Shown: piece by piece, positions 27,216 to 42,249 of the stretch
Position numbering within the stretch: position 1 is the stretch's first letter
Layout: each line of letters starts with the position of its first letter
DNA from: the human T2T-CHM13v2.0 reference genome, Homo sapiens
Length of the DNA: 64,000 bases
Strand: one strand, 5' to 3'
Assembly (NCBI RefSeq): GCF_009914755.1
Contig: NC_060927.1
Program-made: the position numbers and the translations under genes
The notes under the pieces: model-generated
Told to the model about the DNA's origin: nothing
Seen by the model: the letters and a program-made list of their open reading frames with translations, nothing else
Databases searched by the model: none

Positions 27216-29964
27216 ATGGATAGTGACATTCACCAGGTGTCCTTACCCAGCACCTCTGTGGCAGGTAACTGTATAGACACCTTTGTTGTTTGGGGTTCCT
27301 ACAGGCTCTCTAGGAATCAACAGTGTGACGTGGCCACCAAGCAAGCCAACACAGGCTGTGTGAATAGTAAGGGAGACATCAGCTTTGCCTAACTGTATAC
27401 TGCTTGGAGTACCATGGGCTGAATTCAGGTCAAAGCACCTCACTTTCGAGTAGACGTAGATGATTTGGAGCAACCACAAAGGGGAGAAAATTCAGAATCA
27501 TCGAGGCACATACTGTAATTTCCATGGCCTCTGCAAAAGTGTAACTAGGCCCTCGAGCCCCTGTTATCACCTCTGAGTTATCACCGCTGAGTCCTTTACC
27601 TGTGGCTGGTCAGTTGGGGTGAGAGGCAACCAGCAGCCACTAGTACTTCTTAAGCTGAATGAAGACTTGGCTACAAAACGAACAAGACAGGACTTCAGGT
27701 TATGCCTCTTGTGCAAATGCTGCCTAAGCATGAAGATGTTCGAAAGATCCCAGCTGCGAACAGGCCCTTCGGCATTGGGAGGGTGTTCAGACTGAAGTCT
27801 GCCAAGTGGAAAGGCAAATGGGAAAAACGTGAAGGGACAACAAAGCCGAACCCACAGAAGCAGGAAGGCTAAGGTAGATGCAGCAGGATGAGGAGACAGG
27901 CAATCGTGCCAAGAGCTGTCGCATTAGGTTTTGGCTGGGGAAAGAGATAACGTTGAAAACGAAGAGTATTCCTTTTCACAGACATTTGTCTTGCAGTTTT
28001 CCTTTGGCCAGTGATACCCTGAGATCCTACTGTGGACATAAGTGGTGGCAAATCTTCTGAGCAAGTTATACATTCCTCATCCATGTTCTTGAGAAAACTG
28101 GAAATTCACTACTCAGTTTTTCTCTAAACAGGAGCTTTTTTTTTTTTTTTTAGCCATTTGCTCCTGAAAGGGTTTACAGCAAAAATTTTTAAAAAGCATT
28201 ACCAAATAATAAGATAAAGAGCTGTGGATACACACGGAGCAATAAATTTCAGAAACACTCTAGGCAAGAGCATCCAGGATATTCTATATACTCTATAGTA
28301 AGTAAGAGTCTCCATTTCCCAATCTATCGTATGTGTGCAATGAACCTGTACTTTCCCATGCTTCCTACTGAACCAGCTGGTGCGAGCCTGGTGCTTCGGG
28401 TGCCTTACCAGGTCTGGCATCAACCACAGCACTGGCACCTCCTGTGGCTGCGAGGAGCAGCAGCAGCAAATGCTTGGAGACTGGAAGGAGTAAATAGCAC
28501 CTAGTGGCTGAAGCCCAAGCTGTTTCATGTGATCAGTGTGTGTCCTGCCTGCTGTCCTTGAAAGCTGTTAGTTGTGTCAGGAAAGGGTTTGGAAAGGAGA
28601 GACAGGTTATCACTGGTTGTCTTTCACATTTAGCCATGTGTTCAAGGAGAACTCCGGGCACTGCATACATGCATGATACACTTCTAGACAAGACCACGGC
28701 AAAAGATGGAAGTACTAAGTGAAGCTCTACCAAGCCCATCCTAGATTATTTTAAAGCAACTATTAAGAGTAATATTTCTAAAGTCCTTAAAATGACTATA
28801 AAAAAGGGAAAAAAGGTAATATTTCTTTTAAAACAATGAAAAAATCCATGACAAACTGTAAATCATATGTGATGCCCTGGATGACAGGTACACATCAGAA
28901 CTGTCCAGGACAAATGTGGACACAGGGCCACCCTGGCCTTAGAACATCTAGGCCTCTCCTCTAATGTTTGAAGCTGCCTTGCTGAATCCCAACAACCACA
29001 GGTTGAATGAATGAACAGCTGTTGAAGGAATAAAAGAATGAAAGAATAACAGAGGAGCTTCCTATTACCTGCAGAATGAAGTCCAAACTCCTCAGAATCA
29101 TAGGGTACTGGGCCCACCCCAGGCTAACATTCTGGCCTCATCTACCCCCCAGCCATTTGTGTCTTGGGTATCATTCTGTCCATCCTCAAACACACCTGGC
29201 CCCTTTCCTTTCCCACCTCTGTGAGGTCGTATGTAAATTCCCTGCCTGGAATATTCTTTCTTCCCTTCCCAGACTATTGACTTCCACTCCAATTTCAAAG
29301 TTGGGGCCAAATACACCTTCTCGAGGAACTCATCCTCTCCCATCCAATTCCTAGACCTGGGGGGATGTTATCTTCCCTCTTTCACCTCCCAGAGCCAGAG
29401 CCCACTGTTCCCTCTCCCCTTTGGTGCCTCCTCGGCATCCACAGGTCTCACAGGTGTCTGCAGTGTGCACCTGGCCTTGCAGCTGACTGTGAACCTTGCA
29501 CAGACAGGAGTGTTCTAGTCATCTTTGTCTGAGTAATTGAACCCACATGCACCTGGCAGCCAGGCATCCAAAAAGCACAATGCAGGTGAAGATGGAGATG
29601 GAAAAAAAGTTTCCTATCTTCATATATTTTGGTCTCAGATCTGTGAATAGTTTCGGGATTTTCTTTGCTATTTATTTGTTTTGCAAATCAACAAGTATTA
29701 ATCAACTACCAGCTGCTGGCACAGCAACATACACACACACATGCGCACACATATATGTGCGTGCGTGTGTGTGCGTGTGTATATCAAACTAGGATAAAAC
29801 ATAAACTCCAAGGGTTCATGTGACCCAGAAGCTGGCAGTGCCTCCCTGGGGTAAGTGGGGGGGTCCCACTAAGACATGTGAGAGATGGCACCAACAGTTT
29901 GTTCATATGCCCGTCCCAAGCAGTCTGCTTTGTTATATTCCCTCAGTCCATGTATACAGGATTT

Positions 29965-30020
29965 TGTGTGTGTGTGTATGTGTGTGTGTGTGTGTGTAAG
30001 AGAGAGACAGAGCGAGAGAT
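29965..30020. repeat. (TG)n(GA)n microsatellite
   Basis: Direct reading of the sequence. Confidence 0.9.
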
Positions 30021-30310
30021 AGGGTCTTGCCCTGTCACCCAGCCAATTTCTTTACACCTTTGAAAACTGAAACAAAGTACTTAAGTCATTTTAGGGCATT
30101 CTTTCAATTCTCCGGAAGTTGTCAACATAAATTAATCCAGAAGATAGACATGATAGGTGGAGATTCCTGGAGAAAAAGCATCCCCAGGCTAAACCACTAG
30201 TACATATTGTCTGGCAGATATTCTTAAAGGTAACAGAGATAAAAGCTGAGGGAGACCTTTCCCATTATAGCTAGGAGCCTTTTTGTCATACAACACCCAT
30301 GTTTTCTTCT

Positions 30311-30621
<311 letters not shown>

Positions 30622-30733
30622 TGACACATGAATATATATATATATTTTCAAAAACATTTATAGGACAGAACTGACTTCTATGCAATAATCTAAGAAACAA
30701 ATCTGAAATATTTTCAAGAAAATATCTCCATAA

Positions 30734-31089
<356 letters not shown>

Positions 31090-31565
31090 TATACTGATAT
31101 TTTATTAGGAATGAAACAAAAAGCCCTTCCCTTCTGGGATAAGAGAAATCAGAGTAAAGAAGAAAGCACATTTAAAACAGAACAGATGTATATGTGAGCA
31201 TCCAATGTTCTCTTAAATGAGTAAAAGACAGGCTTTACATGGTAGCATTAAATTGCTACAAAAGAGAACAAATTGTTTTTAAATCCAATTATTATATTAA
31301 AAAGTATGTGCATAGTTTACAATATAAAAGTATGTCCATAGTTTTTAACAGCAATGGGAAATAAGTCCTTGCCCTCTTCCTGCCCCTGACAGCCACTCCT
31401 CAGAAGCAACCAGTGTAATTCTTTCAGACAGTTTGCGTGAAATTTATTTCCTTGTTGCTTAATATATTATATGCTTATGCTGCTACTTCTTGACTTAGCC
31501 CTTTTAAACTTCACCTCTTTGCTTCCTGTTATTCCCCCTATTCCTCTGTCAAAAATTCTGGTTAA

Positions 31566-31950
<385 letters not shown>

Positions 31951-32229
31951 CATGCCTTGTTCTTTAAGTTAGCTTAGTTTTCTATGTGCCTATCACTAAA
32001 ACCCCTCTCAATACCGGCCAGGCACCAGTATTCTATCAAGCTCCATTCTCTTCTTGGAAACACCCATTCTGGAGCTCTCCTTCCTCCTGCCCACCCTCTA
32101 TCCAGTCTGGACTGGTCACTCTCAAGGCCTGCAGCACAGCTGTGGGCTGGGACTTCACTTCTTCACCAATTCAGGAACCCCCATTCCCAGGGCTTCTAGG
32201 TCATTTTCCTTGCTTGTTTTATTCCCTCA

Positions 32230-33800
32230 TTTTTCTGGAGATCATCCTCCTTTAGTTTTCTTACCAAAGGTGTACAGAGATTAAAAGTTTCAGATAGTAC
32301 ACCTCTGAAAATGTCTTTATTATTCTGTACTCAACACTTGTCTGCCAGTTTGGCAAGGTACAGAATTGTAGCTTTAAATGGTTTTCTCAGAACGCTAAAG
32401 GCTTTGCTCCACTGCCTTCTAGCTTCCAGCAATAGGCTGATGCTGTTCTTTCCCCTTCTATGTGACTGTCCTCCTCTGCAGAGAGTTGTAGGATTTTTGT
32501 GAGTAAATTTAACAAAGATGCACCTTGGTGTTTATCTTTCTTCATTCATTTGTGCTGAGTGTTATTTCTTTGATAACTCCCTCCTCTCCAAATTCCCTGT
32601 TCTTTCTTTTTAGAACTCTCGTTAGTCAGACTTGGACTTCCCTGACAGGATTCTCTAATTTTCTTATCTTTTCTCTTCAATACTCTACCTCTTATTTTGT
32701 TCTACCTGCTGAGTGTCAAGTTTAGCCCTGATACTAATTTTTTTATCTCTATTATCAAGTTTTAAATTTCCAACAGTGTTTTTCTTGTTGTTTCCTTTGT
32801 TTTTAGTATCCTGCTTTGATTTTATGTGCACAGTGTCTTTTCACATCTCCCTGAGGACGATAATGATTATTATTTTGACATTTTCTTCTGCTCTGCACTG
32901 TTTCTGTTGCCTTGGAGTTTTTGTTTCCCTCGGTTTGGGCTCTGCCTTTTCATGTAAGAGGCTTTCCTCAAATGTCTAGTAATCCCCAACTGGCTGTTCA
33001 CATTCAGAACTGAGGTGAGGCTGACTGGAAGCTCTGTGGCAGGGCTTGTCACCAGTGTGATGGGGACGAGCTGGCTTTTGCCTTGGGCCTCCCAAATGTC
33101 AGTATCTGGATAGAGGTCCTTTCTCAAGGGCTGTTCATTTTCTCTAAGATTGTTCCATGCCTCGCCTGAGGTGTAAAGACCTTGCTGCAGCTTTCATCGG
33201 AGGAGCAGGGAAAGAGGTGGGGCCGGGGTCTCACCATTCTAGTACACAGACTGTAATTACCCTGTTTTCAGTGCCACACCTGGGCCTGACCTCTTCTGCT
33301 AGGCTTGCAGTTCTGAAGCCCAGAACCCCTGTGGTTCCCAGAGCATACTCCCTGCCAGGCTGGAGGGAGAAGGTGGGGAGGTAGAAGAGAGACAGCACCC
33401 TTGCTGCTGGAGGTGGAGGAGGGAACCTGTAGGGTTAACCGCTCTTACAGAGGCCTTCAAACAGAACTCCAACTTCTAACCTCATCTGCCCTCCTGCCTT
33501 CCAAGAAACCAGGTGCCTCCAGCTCCAGAGCCTTTCTAGAATTCTGTGGCACAAATCGGCTTGTTTCCTACTGACACCTCCCTTCTCCTCTGGCAGGGGA
33601 GTGTTCGTTCTCTCTCTTCTGTTAATTCAGTCACCACTGACCATCTGCTTTCTTATCTTCCAAAATCTTGTTGGTATCTCTCATGTACTATTAATTCTGT
33701 TCCAATTCCATTTTTCCTGTGAGTTTAAACTTTTCAATTCCCTTACTGTAATTTTGGTGGGAAGAGAAATACTGAAATAAATGCTTAAATACATAAATAA
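32230..33800 (-). mobile_element. Very old L1/HAL1-like fragments
   Basis: ctctgaaaatgtctttattattc, gccagtttggcaaggtacagaatt, gctccactgccttctagcttcc. Confidence 0.5.
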
Positions 33801-35719
33801 ATGCTTAATTCATCAGGTTTCACGAGAAGCCACTGAGGTGATCTTTATTAGGACATAATAAGAATGATAGATGCTGTATTTGTAGGTTATCTAGAAGACA
33901 ATGTCATGTATAACATTATAAAATAATGTATAAGAGTATATTTTTAAAATGGAACCCAGATCTGTTAAGCACCTATCAAATATCCAGAGAACTCCAAAGG
34001 ACTGAAAGACAGCTATACTACCATCTGTAATGGCTTTATACTATTCTAATGTACACTTGCACCATCATTTATACAAGAAATCTCAAATTTTTCTAAATTT
34101 AGCATGTTTCCAAATTTTCATTAATATAAATAATGCTATTATAAACATAATTATAAAAATATTCTTGTGCTTAAGGGAATATTTTTATAGGACAAATTCC
34201 TAGAAATGGACCTGCTAAATCAAGGAGTTGGGCATTTTAGATGATTACAGAATATACCCCAAGAAAAGTTGTATTAGTTCCCATTTTTCACACCTTCTCC
34301 TACGCTGGATGCCTATCAATACTTATCAGTCTGGCAGGCAAAAAAAAAAAAAAAAAAAAAAAGACACCATTGTTGTTTTAATTTCACAGCAGGCATTTGC
34401 ATGGGAAAGCTTGGTTCACTTAATGTGGCAGAGGCCAGATGTCTGACAGCAGGTAAAAAACAAAAAAACAAAAAACATTGAAGATAGCTTCAGGGTTTCA
34501 AGCCCTGCAGGTACCATCCACAATACAAAGGCAGTAAGGAGAGAAAGGTTTGATGTTGTTTTGCTTTAGAAAGAAGTAGGGCAGAGGGACAGAGGGTGTC
34601 ATAAGTTTGCTTTTGAACATGTCAGGTTAAGATATTTGAGCTGAATGTTGCAATATCATAAGGCAGTTAGAATGATGGTTTCAGGGGAAAAACATTTCAA
34701 AAGGTCCAGTTCTCTCAGGAAAGAGGACATTTGATCAGATAGATGGGACATGGAAAAACTTTTACAAGAGAAAACAACGTCTGAGGCCACAGACGACTGT
34801 CTTACTCTAGCCAGATGGCTCACAAATGTGTAGCCTCAAATAGCGCGTAAGAGAGGAAGAGGGTGTGGGAAGGGCTCAGAGGTGCCAGAAGCAACAACCC
34901 GAGGGCACATCCTTGGGATGGTGGTTAGGTGCATCAACAGAGGAGGCACTTTCATTATTTCCACACCGTGTGCCCAAGCCTCCCAACAACCTAGCTAACT
35001 TTGCTTATAAATTCTTTTCAAACTAAATTCTTTTCCACTTAGACTCCACCAAACACAAAGCTTTTTAAAAAATGTAAATTAAATTAAAAACAAAACAAAA
35101 GTGGATAAACTAGCATGCTATTTAAGAAAAACCTCATGATTCCTGGAGAAGAGTTTAGTCAGCAGAAGAAAAGACAGTGAATCATTTTGCTCAGATGGTG
35201 TGGCATTTAAATTAAATGTTCTGTGACGACGACACATTTAAGAAAAAAAAAATCATAAAAACAAGACACTAGTAGACAAGGAAAAGAAGACTGGGGAGCG
35301 TCTCAGAAAGAACTTACTAGTCCAGACTGCGTGAAACTGGCACAGATGGCTTGAAAGTTATAGCAGGGTGGGGGTAATTACGTTCAAACATGCCTGGTAC
35401 TTCCTGCATGGCGACCTGGTATACTGCAAAGCTTAGGGTTATTCATAAAATGAGAATACCCAAGTTTCACCAAGCACCTTTTCCTCAAAGCCCTCAGCTG
35501 TCTGAAGAGATGGCTGATGTTGATGAGAAGCACTTATGCTGTGGTTTTTCAATTCAAGGAGAAGCTGATTCTTAAAATTGAGAGTCTTCGAATGCCATAT
35601 AGAGCAGTTCTGCTTTTATCATTTCTCACTTGGCCACAAGTTTCAGGCCAGGGTCCTGGTAGTTCCTTGATATTTCAGACCCAGTTCAGGTCAGAGTTTT
35701 TCAATCATAAAACACTTTT

Positions 35720-36580
35720 TTCCTTAAAAAAACAAAACAACACAACTTATCAAGGTATGATTTACAAACCATAATAACCCACTCATTTTAAAGTGTACAT
35801 TTCAACGATTCTTAGAAAATGTATGGAGTTGTGCAACCATCACTACAATCCAATTTCAGAATATTTCCATCACTCCAAAAAGATTTCTCATGCCCATCTG
35901 CAGTCACTGCTCATTCCCACCCACAGCCTCAAGCAAGCACTGATCTACTTCCTGTCTCTATAGACTTGCCTTTTCTGGACATTCATATGAATGGAATCAA
36001 ACAGTATGTGGTCTATTGCATCTGGCTTCTTTCACTTAGCATAGTGTCTCTGAGGTCCATGTAGCATGAATTAGTACTGCATACCTTTTATGGCTGAATA
36101 ATATTCCATTGTATGAATATGCCACATATTTATCCATTTACCCTGTTGATGGGTATTTGAAATGTATCTACTTTTGGCTATTATTAACAATGCTTCCATA
36201 AACATCTTTGTACAAGTCTTTATGTGGATGTATTTTCATTTCTCCTGCATCTAAAAGTACAACTGCTTGGTCATATGGTAAATGTTTAACTTTAAAAGAA
36301 ACTGTTTTCCAAAGTGGCTGTACCATTTTACATTCCTACCAGCAGTGTATGAGAGTTTCAACTTCTTTACATCCTCAACAACACTTGCTATTCTCTGTGT
36401 TTTTTTTTTTTGTTAAAGTCATCCTAATGGGTATGAAGTAGTAGCTTATTGTGGTTTTGATTGCATTTCTCTAATGACCAATGATGTTGAGCATCTCTTC
36501 ATGTGCTTATTGACCATTTATACATCTTCTCTAGTGAAATGTCTATTCAAATCTTTTGCCTGTTTTTTTTTTAAATTGTC
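35720..36580 (-). mobile_element. L1MB-type 3' fragment
   Basis: gagttgtgcaaccatcactacaatccaatttcagaatattt, ttttatggctgaataatattccattgtatg, atgatgttgagcatctcttcatgtgctt. Confidence 0.85.
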
Positions 36581-37284
36581 AACCCTAAAGTACTTTTAAA
36601 ATACAAACAGAAAAGCATCAAAACTTAACTTGTAATAAAGATGAACATCTGAGTCACACTGCAAAATCTGGTTTCATACATCCATTTTACGCCAAGAGTG
36701 AGAGGCAAGGAACCCCTTACAAGCTTGTTTAATGAAGTTACCCCATACAAAATAAGTGAGTTGACAACAACATCTCTTGAAGAATGCATTGGCTAGGAAC
36801 ACTGGTTTCTCACTTTAATTTCTGGATCAGCCATAATTTCTACAGAATATAAAAAGAAACAACATCCTGTGAAGGATGGAGGGCCTCTCACTGCTTTTTA
36901 GAGGATAATATAAAAGAGTAAAAATTAAAACACAAGAAGTTTTAGAAATAACTACAAATACAGATATTATGTAGTCAGCAGGCTCATTATATAAATATGT
37001 CAACAAAATCAATGTATGGAGAACTTGGAATAATTTGTGTGACTGGATAGGAAGCAAGGAAATGTGGATATAGTCTTTTAATCTAAGGCTTATTTTTCTC
37101 TTTTTAAAAAAGTAGTTCACTTAATATGTTGTTAAGTATCACCATAATAACGATGTCTAAAAGACTCCCTGTAAGCAAGAGAAAAATAGTCCGGATAGGC
37201 AAACAGATCAATGGAACAGAAGAGAGTCCAGAAATAGACCCACACATATAATCTTTGGCAAAGGTGTCAATGCTCTTCAATAAG

Positions 37285-37799
37285 TGTGATGGTTGATTTG
37301 TATGTGTCAACTTACTGGGCTAAGGAATGTCAAGGTAGCTGATAAAACATGATTTCTGGGAGTGTGTATGAGGGTTTGCCTGGAAGAGACTAGCATTTGA
37401 ATCAGTAGACTGAGTAAAGCAGATCCATTCTCAACAGTGTGGGTGCACGTCCTCCAATCTGTTGAGGGCCCAAGTAGAACAAAAAGGTGGAGGAAGGGCA
37501 AATTCTCTCTCTCTTCTTCCTTGAGCTGGGACATCCATTTTCTCCTGCCCTCGGATATCAGAACTCCTGGCTCTCAGGCCTTAGGACTCCAGGACTTACG
37601 CAGAGGCCCTCCTGGTTCTCAGGTCTCTGAACTTGGACTGATTTACACCACCAGTTTTCCTGGTTCACCAGCTTGCAGAAAGCAGATGGTGGGACTTCTC
37701 AGCCTCTATAATTGCATGAGCCAATTCCCATAATCAATCAATCAATAATAAATAAATAAAATATTTTGACTGTTTCTCTGGAGTATCTTGACTAATATA
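37285..37799 (+). mobile_element. ERVL solo LTR (MLT2B-like)
   Basis: tgtgatggtt...gtgtcaactt...gcatttgaatcagtagactgagtaaagcagat...tctctggagtatcttgactaatata. Confidence 0.88.
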
Positions 37800-37946
37800 A
37801 TGGGTACAAGAACAGTCTTTTCAACAAAAAATGTTGAAAAATATGAATCATAACCCCATCTCACACCATACATAAATTAACTTGAGATGAATCACAGACA
37901 TAAATGTAAAAGCTAAAATTATAAGCTTCTACAAAAAACACAGATA

Positions 37947-38576
37947 TATTACAGGAGTTATTAAGAAATTATTTTAGGCAGCTAGAATGGGTAAAAGAGT
38001 CTTCAGTAAGGCTTTTTCTTTTAATAAAAAAGCAGCCCCCAAAACATTTCTTTTCTAACAGAAAATGGCCTGAAAAACCAGACCTGCAAGCATTGACAAG
38101 CAAGCAGGCTTGCATATGTAAATGCAGGCAGCTAAGAACCAGGTCCACGCAACAGGGCAGTTCCCACTCCCTTTTCTTTGTTGCCGCGTGTGCAGGTAAC
38201 ATTGTGGCCAGACAGGTAGAAGCCATGTGTACAGGTATCATGGCAACCAGCCAGGTAGAAGCCACATTTGCATAATAAAAGGTTAGGGTGGGAGGGCCAG
38301 TTTTTTCAAGGGCTATGTGAATGACACGCCTGGTCAAACCAATCCCCTGGGCCCTATGCAAATCAGACACCGCCTCCTCGAGCCTCCCAGTATAACTGAC
38401 TGTTTTCCACCATATGTGGCAGTTAGACCTCCCTCTGTAGAGGGAGCTGTTCTCTTCTTTCTTGCCTATTAAACTCTCTGCTCCTTAATCCACTCCACGA
38501 GTGTGTCCATGTTGCTAATTTTCTTGGTGCGAGATAAAGGACCCTGGGTGTTTCCCCAGACAAGACAGCCATATCA
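37947..38576 (+). mobile_element. ERV1 solo LTR (LTR9-family-like)
   Basis: acaggagttattaagaaattattttaggcag...aaagcagcccccaaa...atgcaaatcagacaccgcctcctc...ctattaaactc...ccccagac...atca. Confidence 0.75.
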
Positions 38577-39632
38577 GAAGAATATCTTTGCAATCTTGGG
38601 TAGCAAGAAAGTAGTAACTGCAAGAGTTAAAAACTACTAAATTGGATTTCAAGTGTTTTAATTTCTGCTCATCAAAAGTAACTGTTAATGAGTAGATAAA
38701 CCACAGATGGAAAAAAAATTTGCAATACATGTACCTGACAACCTTGTATTCGGAATAAAGAATTACAACTTCATGATAAAAGACAATCCAATAAAAAACA
38801 TGGACATAAGACTTAATGTACACTTCACAAAGACCAATATGCACATGAAAAAAGAGTTCAATCTTATTAGCCATCAGGGAAATGACAACTAAAATCACAA
38901 CGTGATATGACTAGAATTTTGCCCACCAGAACAGCTAAAACTAGAAAGACTGATGATACCAAATATCAGAAGGTGGGGCAAACAGAACTTCTAACCACTG
39001 CCAATGGGAGTGCAAAATGGTTAACCCCTTTGGAAACTGGTCTGGCAGTTTCTCATATAGTAAAGCAGATACCTATATATATAAATAAATTAGAAATATC
39101 AGTGATTAGTTTGGTAGCTTTCCAAAGGAGCTAGGGCAGAATTGTGGAGGACTGTGACTTCGTCTTGGTTTCAGCTCAGAAAAGTATCTGAGATGTCTGA
39201 GAAAACTGAAGCAGAATGTAAAACTCAGAAATGAAATGGTTATAAACTCTTCCCAAATAAACATGTTACTTGAGGATAAGGCAAGGAACAGGAGGAAACA
39301 ATGATAATTCTTTTGTTTCTCCCATAAAGGCCATTCAATTTTTAAAATAATCAAATATTTGTTAAATACCTACTATGTGTCAGGTCACGACGTGCAGGGC
39401 TCTAAGGAAAGGATAAAGGTAACTGTGGCTTCTGCTCTCAAGGAGAGCACTGTCTAGGACAGTGTTTCTCAAACTTTTGGCCTCCAAGGACCACTTAATA
39501 GTAATATACACAGTCCATTGTAAACCAAAAACAAAATTCTAAGCCCCCCAACCAACTGAATGGACCCCTCGTCTTGGCCAAGGGCATTCCAAAGCTAACC
39601 TGAAAAACTAGTTCAGCCATGATGGCAAGGGG

Positions 39633-40169
39633 TGTTAGATATAAATTCTAAATTTCTCTTCAAAGAATCAATATATCAGTATGTTCAATTCTTTACCTTC
39701 TACTTTTAAACTTAACTTCCTCGTAAAGCAACCTTTTGGGATTACCTGCTCCACCCTGACTCATTCTGATCACCTGCTCCACCCTGACTCATTCTGATCA
39801 CCTGCTTCACCCTAACTCATTCAGATTACCTGCTACCTGCTCCGCCCTGACTCATTCTCCACCTTGCATAACCATTTTTTTCCCCTGCCAAAGCACTCAC
39901 ACCGTCACTCTCTTTAAATTAGCAGATCAGAATTAGTTTAGCCTGTGCGGTCTAACCCTAGCCAACAAGGGAACGAACGACACAGCAGCAGGGGCCACGT
40001 GCGTCAGGGATAAGAACCCCTTCCCCTCCCTTGTCAAGTGTGTGCTCACCATTGCTCCATCTGTAAGGGCGCACTATTCAATAGAAGTAACTTGCCTTGC
40101 TGAGAATTAAATGAAAATTTTATATTCGAATGCTATTTCTTTTGCGGCACCAAAACTTTATATATAATG
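39633..40169 (+). mobile_element. ERV1 solo LTR (LTR10F/LTR10A-like) with 28-bp VNTR
   Basis: tgttagatataaattctaaatttctcttcaaagaatcaatat start, probable TSD GGGG, tandem acctgctccaccctgactcattctgatc units. Confidence 0.85.
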
Positions 40170-40252
40170 GGGGTCAGACATGCCTCATTATACCCTCCTC
40201 CCTTTGGAATCCAGGCACAGGTGACCAGCATTAATATTAAAACAGAGACCTT

Positions 40253-40562
<310 letters not shown>

Positions 40563-42249
40563 TTAAGACTGACAAAACAGACTCTTTGTAGCAATAAGAT
40601 ATCAACATGACAGATAACAGGTCCGGAAAGAAATCAAAGTATTTTACCCCAAAATATATTTCTTTCATATATTTTGAAATGGCCTTGCAAAGCTGTCTGT
40701 TGGGGGAAAATCTACATTCTGTAGAAAATCTCCTTCCCTTTCCAGATCTTCTCCCTGATCCAGGAGAGAATTAAGAGTCTGGCACCTTTTGAAATCTGAT
40801 AAAAAACACAGTCTATCCTCTCTGAAGCCTGTTATCTGGAGACTTCAACTGCATAATAAAAACCTTGGTCTCCACAACCCTTTATCTTAATCAGACACTT
40901 CTTTCTATTGATTCCAGGTCTTTAGATACTAATTTAACTCTTTCAGCCAACTGCCAAACAGAAAAATCTTTGAATCCACATATGGCCTAGAAGCCCCCAC
41001 ACTTCAAGTTTTCCCGCCTTTCTGGACCGAACCAATGTACACCTTACATGTAATGATTGATGCCTTATGTCTCCCTAAAATGCATAAAACCAAGCTGTGG
41101 CCCAACCAACTGGGGCACATGTTCTCAGGGCCTCCTGGGCCTGTGGCATGGGTCATAGTCCTATTTGGTTCAGAATAAATCTCTTCAAATATTTTACAGA
41201 GATTTACTCTTTTTGTCAACACCATCAATAGTAGGCCTGTTTTTAAAAAATTAAAATTTACCATGCTATCTTAAAATTAATACTACTTTCACATGAATGA
41301 GGGATAATTTTAACATATGTCAATCTGTTAGGTAATTATCACAAAGGCAGTCACTTTTTCGTTCTCTGTCTCTATAAGTTAGAAGATCCTAACTCAAAAT
41401 AACAGGCTGTCAACGGTGGCAGCAAGTGCTTGCTAGCTTCATCAGATGGTTCTGGATAGTCAAATCAAATTAGGACCCAGAAGCAACAGAGTGATTCTTC
41501 ATTACAAACTCCACTATTATGTAAAATGTTAGGTTGACGGATAGATCACACTCGAGATCTAAAAAGTGGACTGTTTAAATTTGGGCAAAAGCAATGAACG
41601 TGTCCCTGATTCTATCTCGGACAGCACTTAGCTCTAGAAAGTATTTTTCATGTTTTGCTGCAGCATCTGGGTAGGGTTTTGTGCAATAATAAATTACTGA
41701 TTTCTCTGAAGAGTGAAGAAAAACATCAAGCGTTAGGAAGACTCCAAACTCTCAGCAACCAAGCCCTTTGACCACAGTTCAACCTCAACAGATTCTGACG
41801 CCTTATTTTCAATGTAAAATTGTGGCATTTTGGTTCGGAATAATAGGCTCAGGCTAGGAAAGAAACAGGATTTATTCCTGTGATACACCAGAGCAAGCCA
41901 TTTGAAACAGAGTAAGTGTCTTTATTGCCATTATCAGTGAATGAGGCAATTTTTTTTTTTTTTTTTTTTACTATATACTGTTCTTCTTCTCAAAACCTAA
42001 GTCATGAGCAGCTTTATCTTCAGCAGCGAGCACACCTACACATAGTTGGATACAGCTACCCAGCTCCTTGAACTGCATGCTTTAAAGACATGGACTCACA
42101 CCAGCTGCCATTTGATGTTTCCAATTTTTGTTACATCCTAAAGTACTGGTCCAAGAAGCAAACTGTTACCTGCTCCCTGTTCTCCCTGATGGTAAAGTCA
42201 TATTTGGAACAGCAATCTGCTGTGACATCATCACCTGGGGTCTAATGTA

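Larger units (their letters stand above)
37170..39090 (+). mobile_element. L1M ORF2/3' fragment split by MLT2 and LTR9-like insertions
   Basis: aatggaacagaagagagtccagaaatagacccacac...gtcttttcaacaaa...gaatatctttgcaatcttggg...ttggaaactggtctggcagtttct. Confidence 0.8.

Noticed and set aside
33776-33809. Short duplication aaataaatgcttaa x2 (and a similar one at about 21866-21896)
   Set aside because: Ordinary slippage duplications within old repeats.
39743-39858. 28-bp repeats superficially like a CRISPR array
   Set aside because: No unique spacers, eukaryotic context, and it is the LTR10 VNTR.
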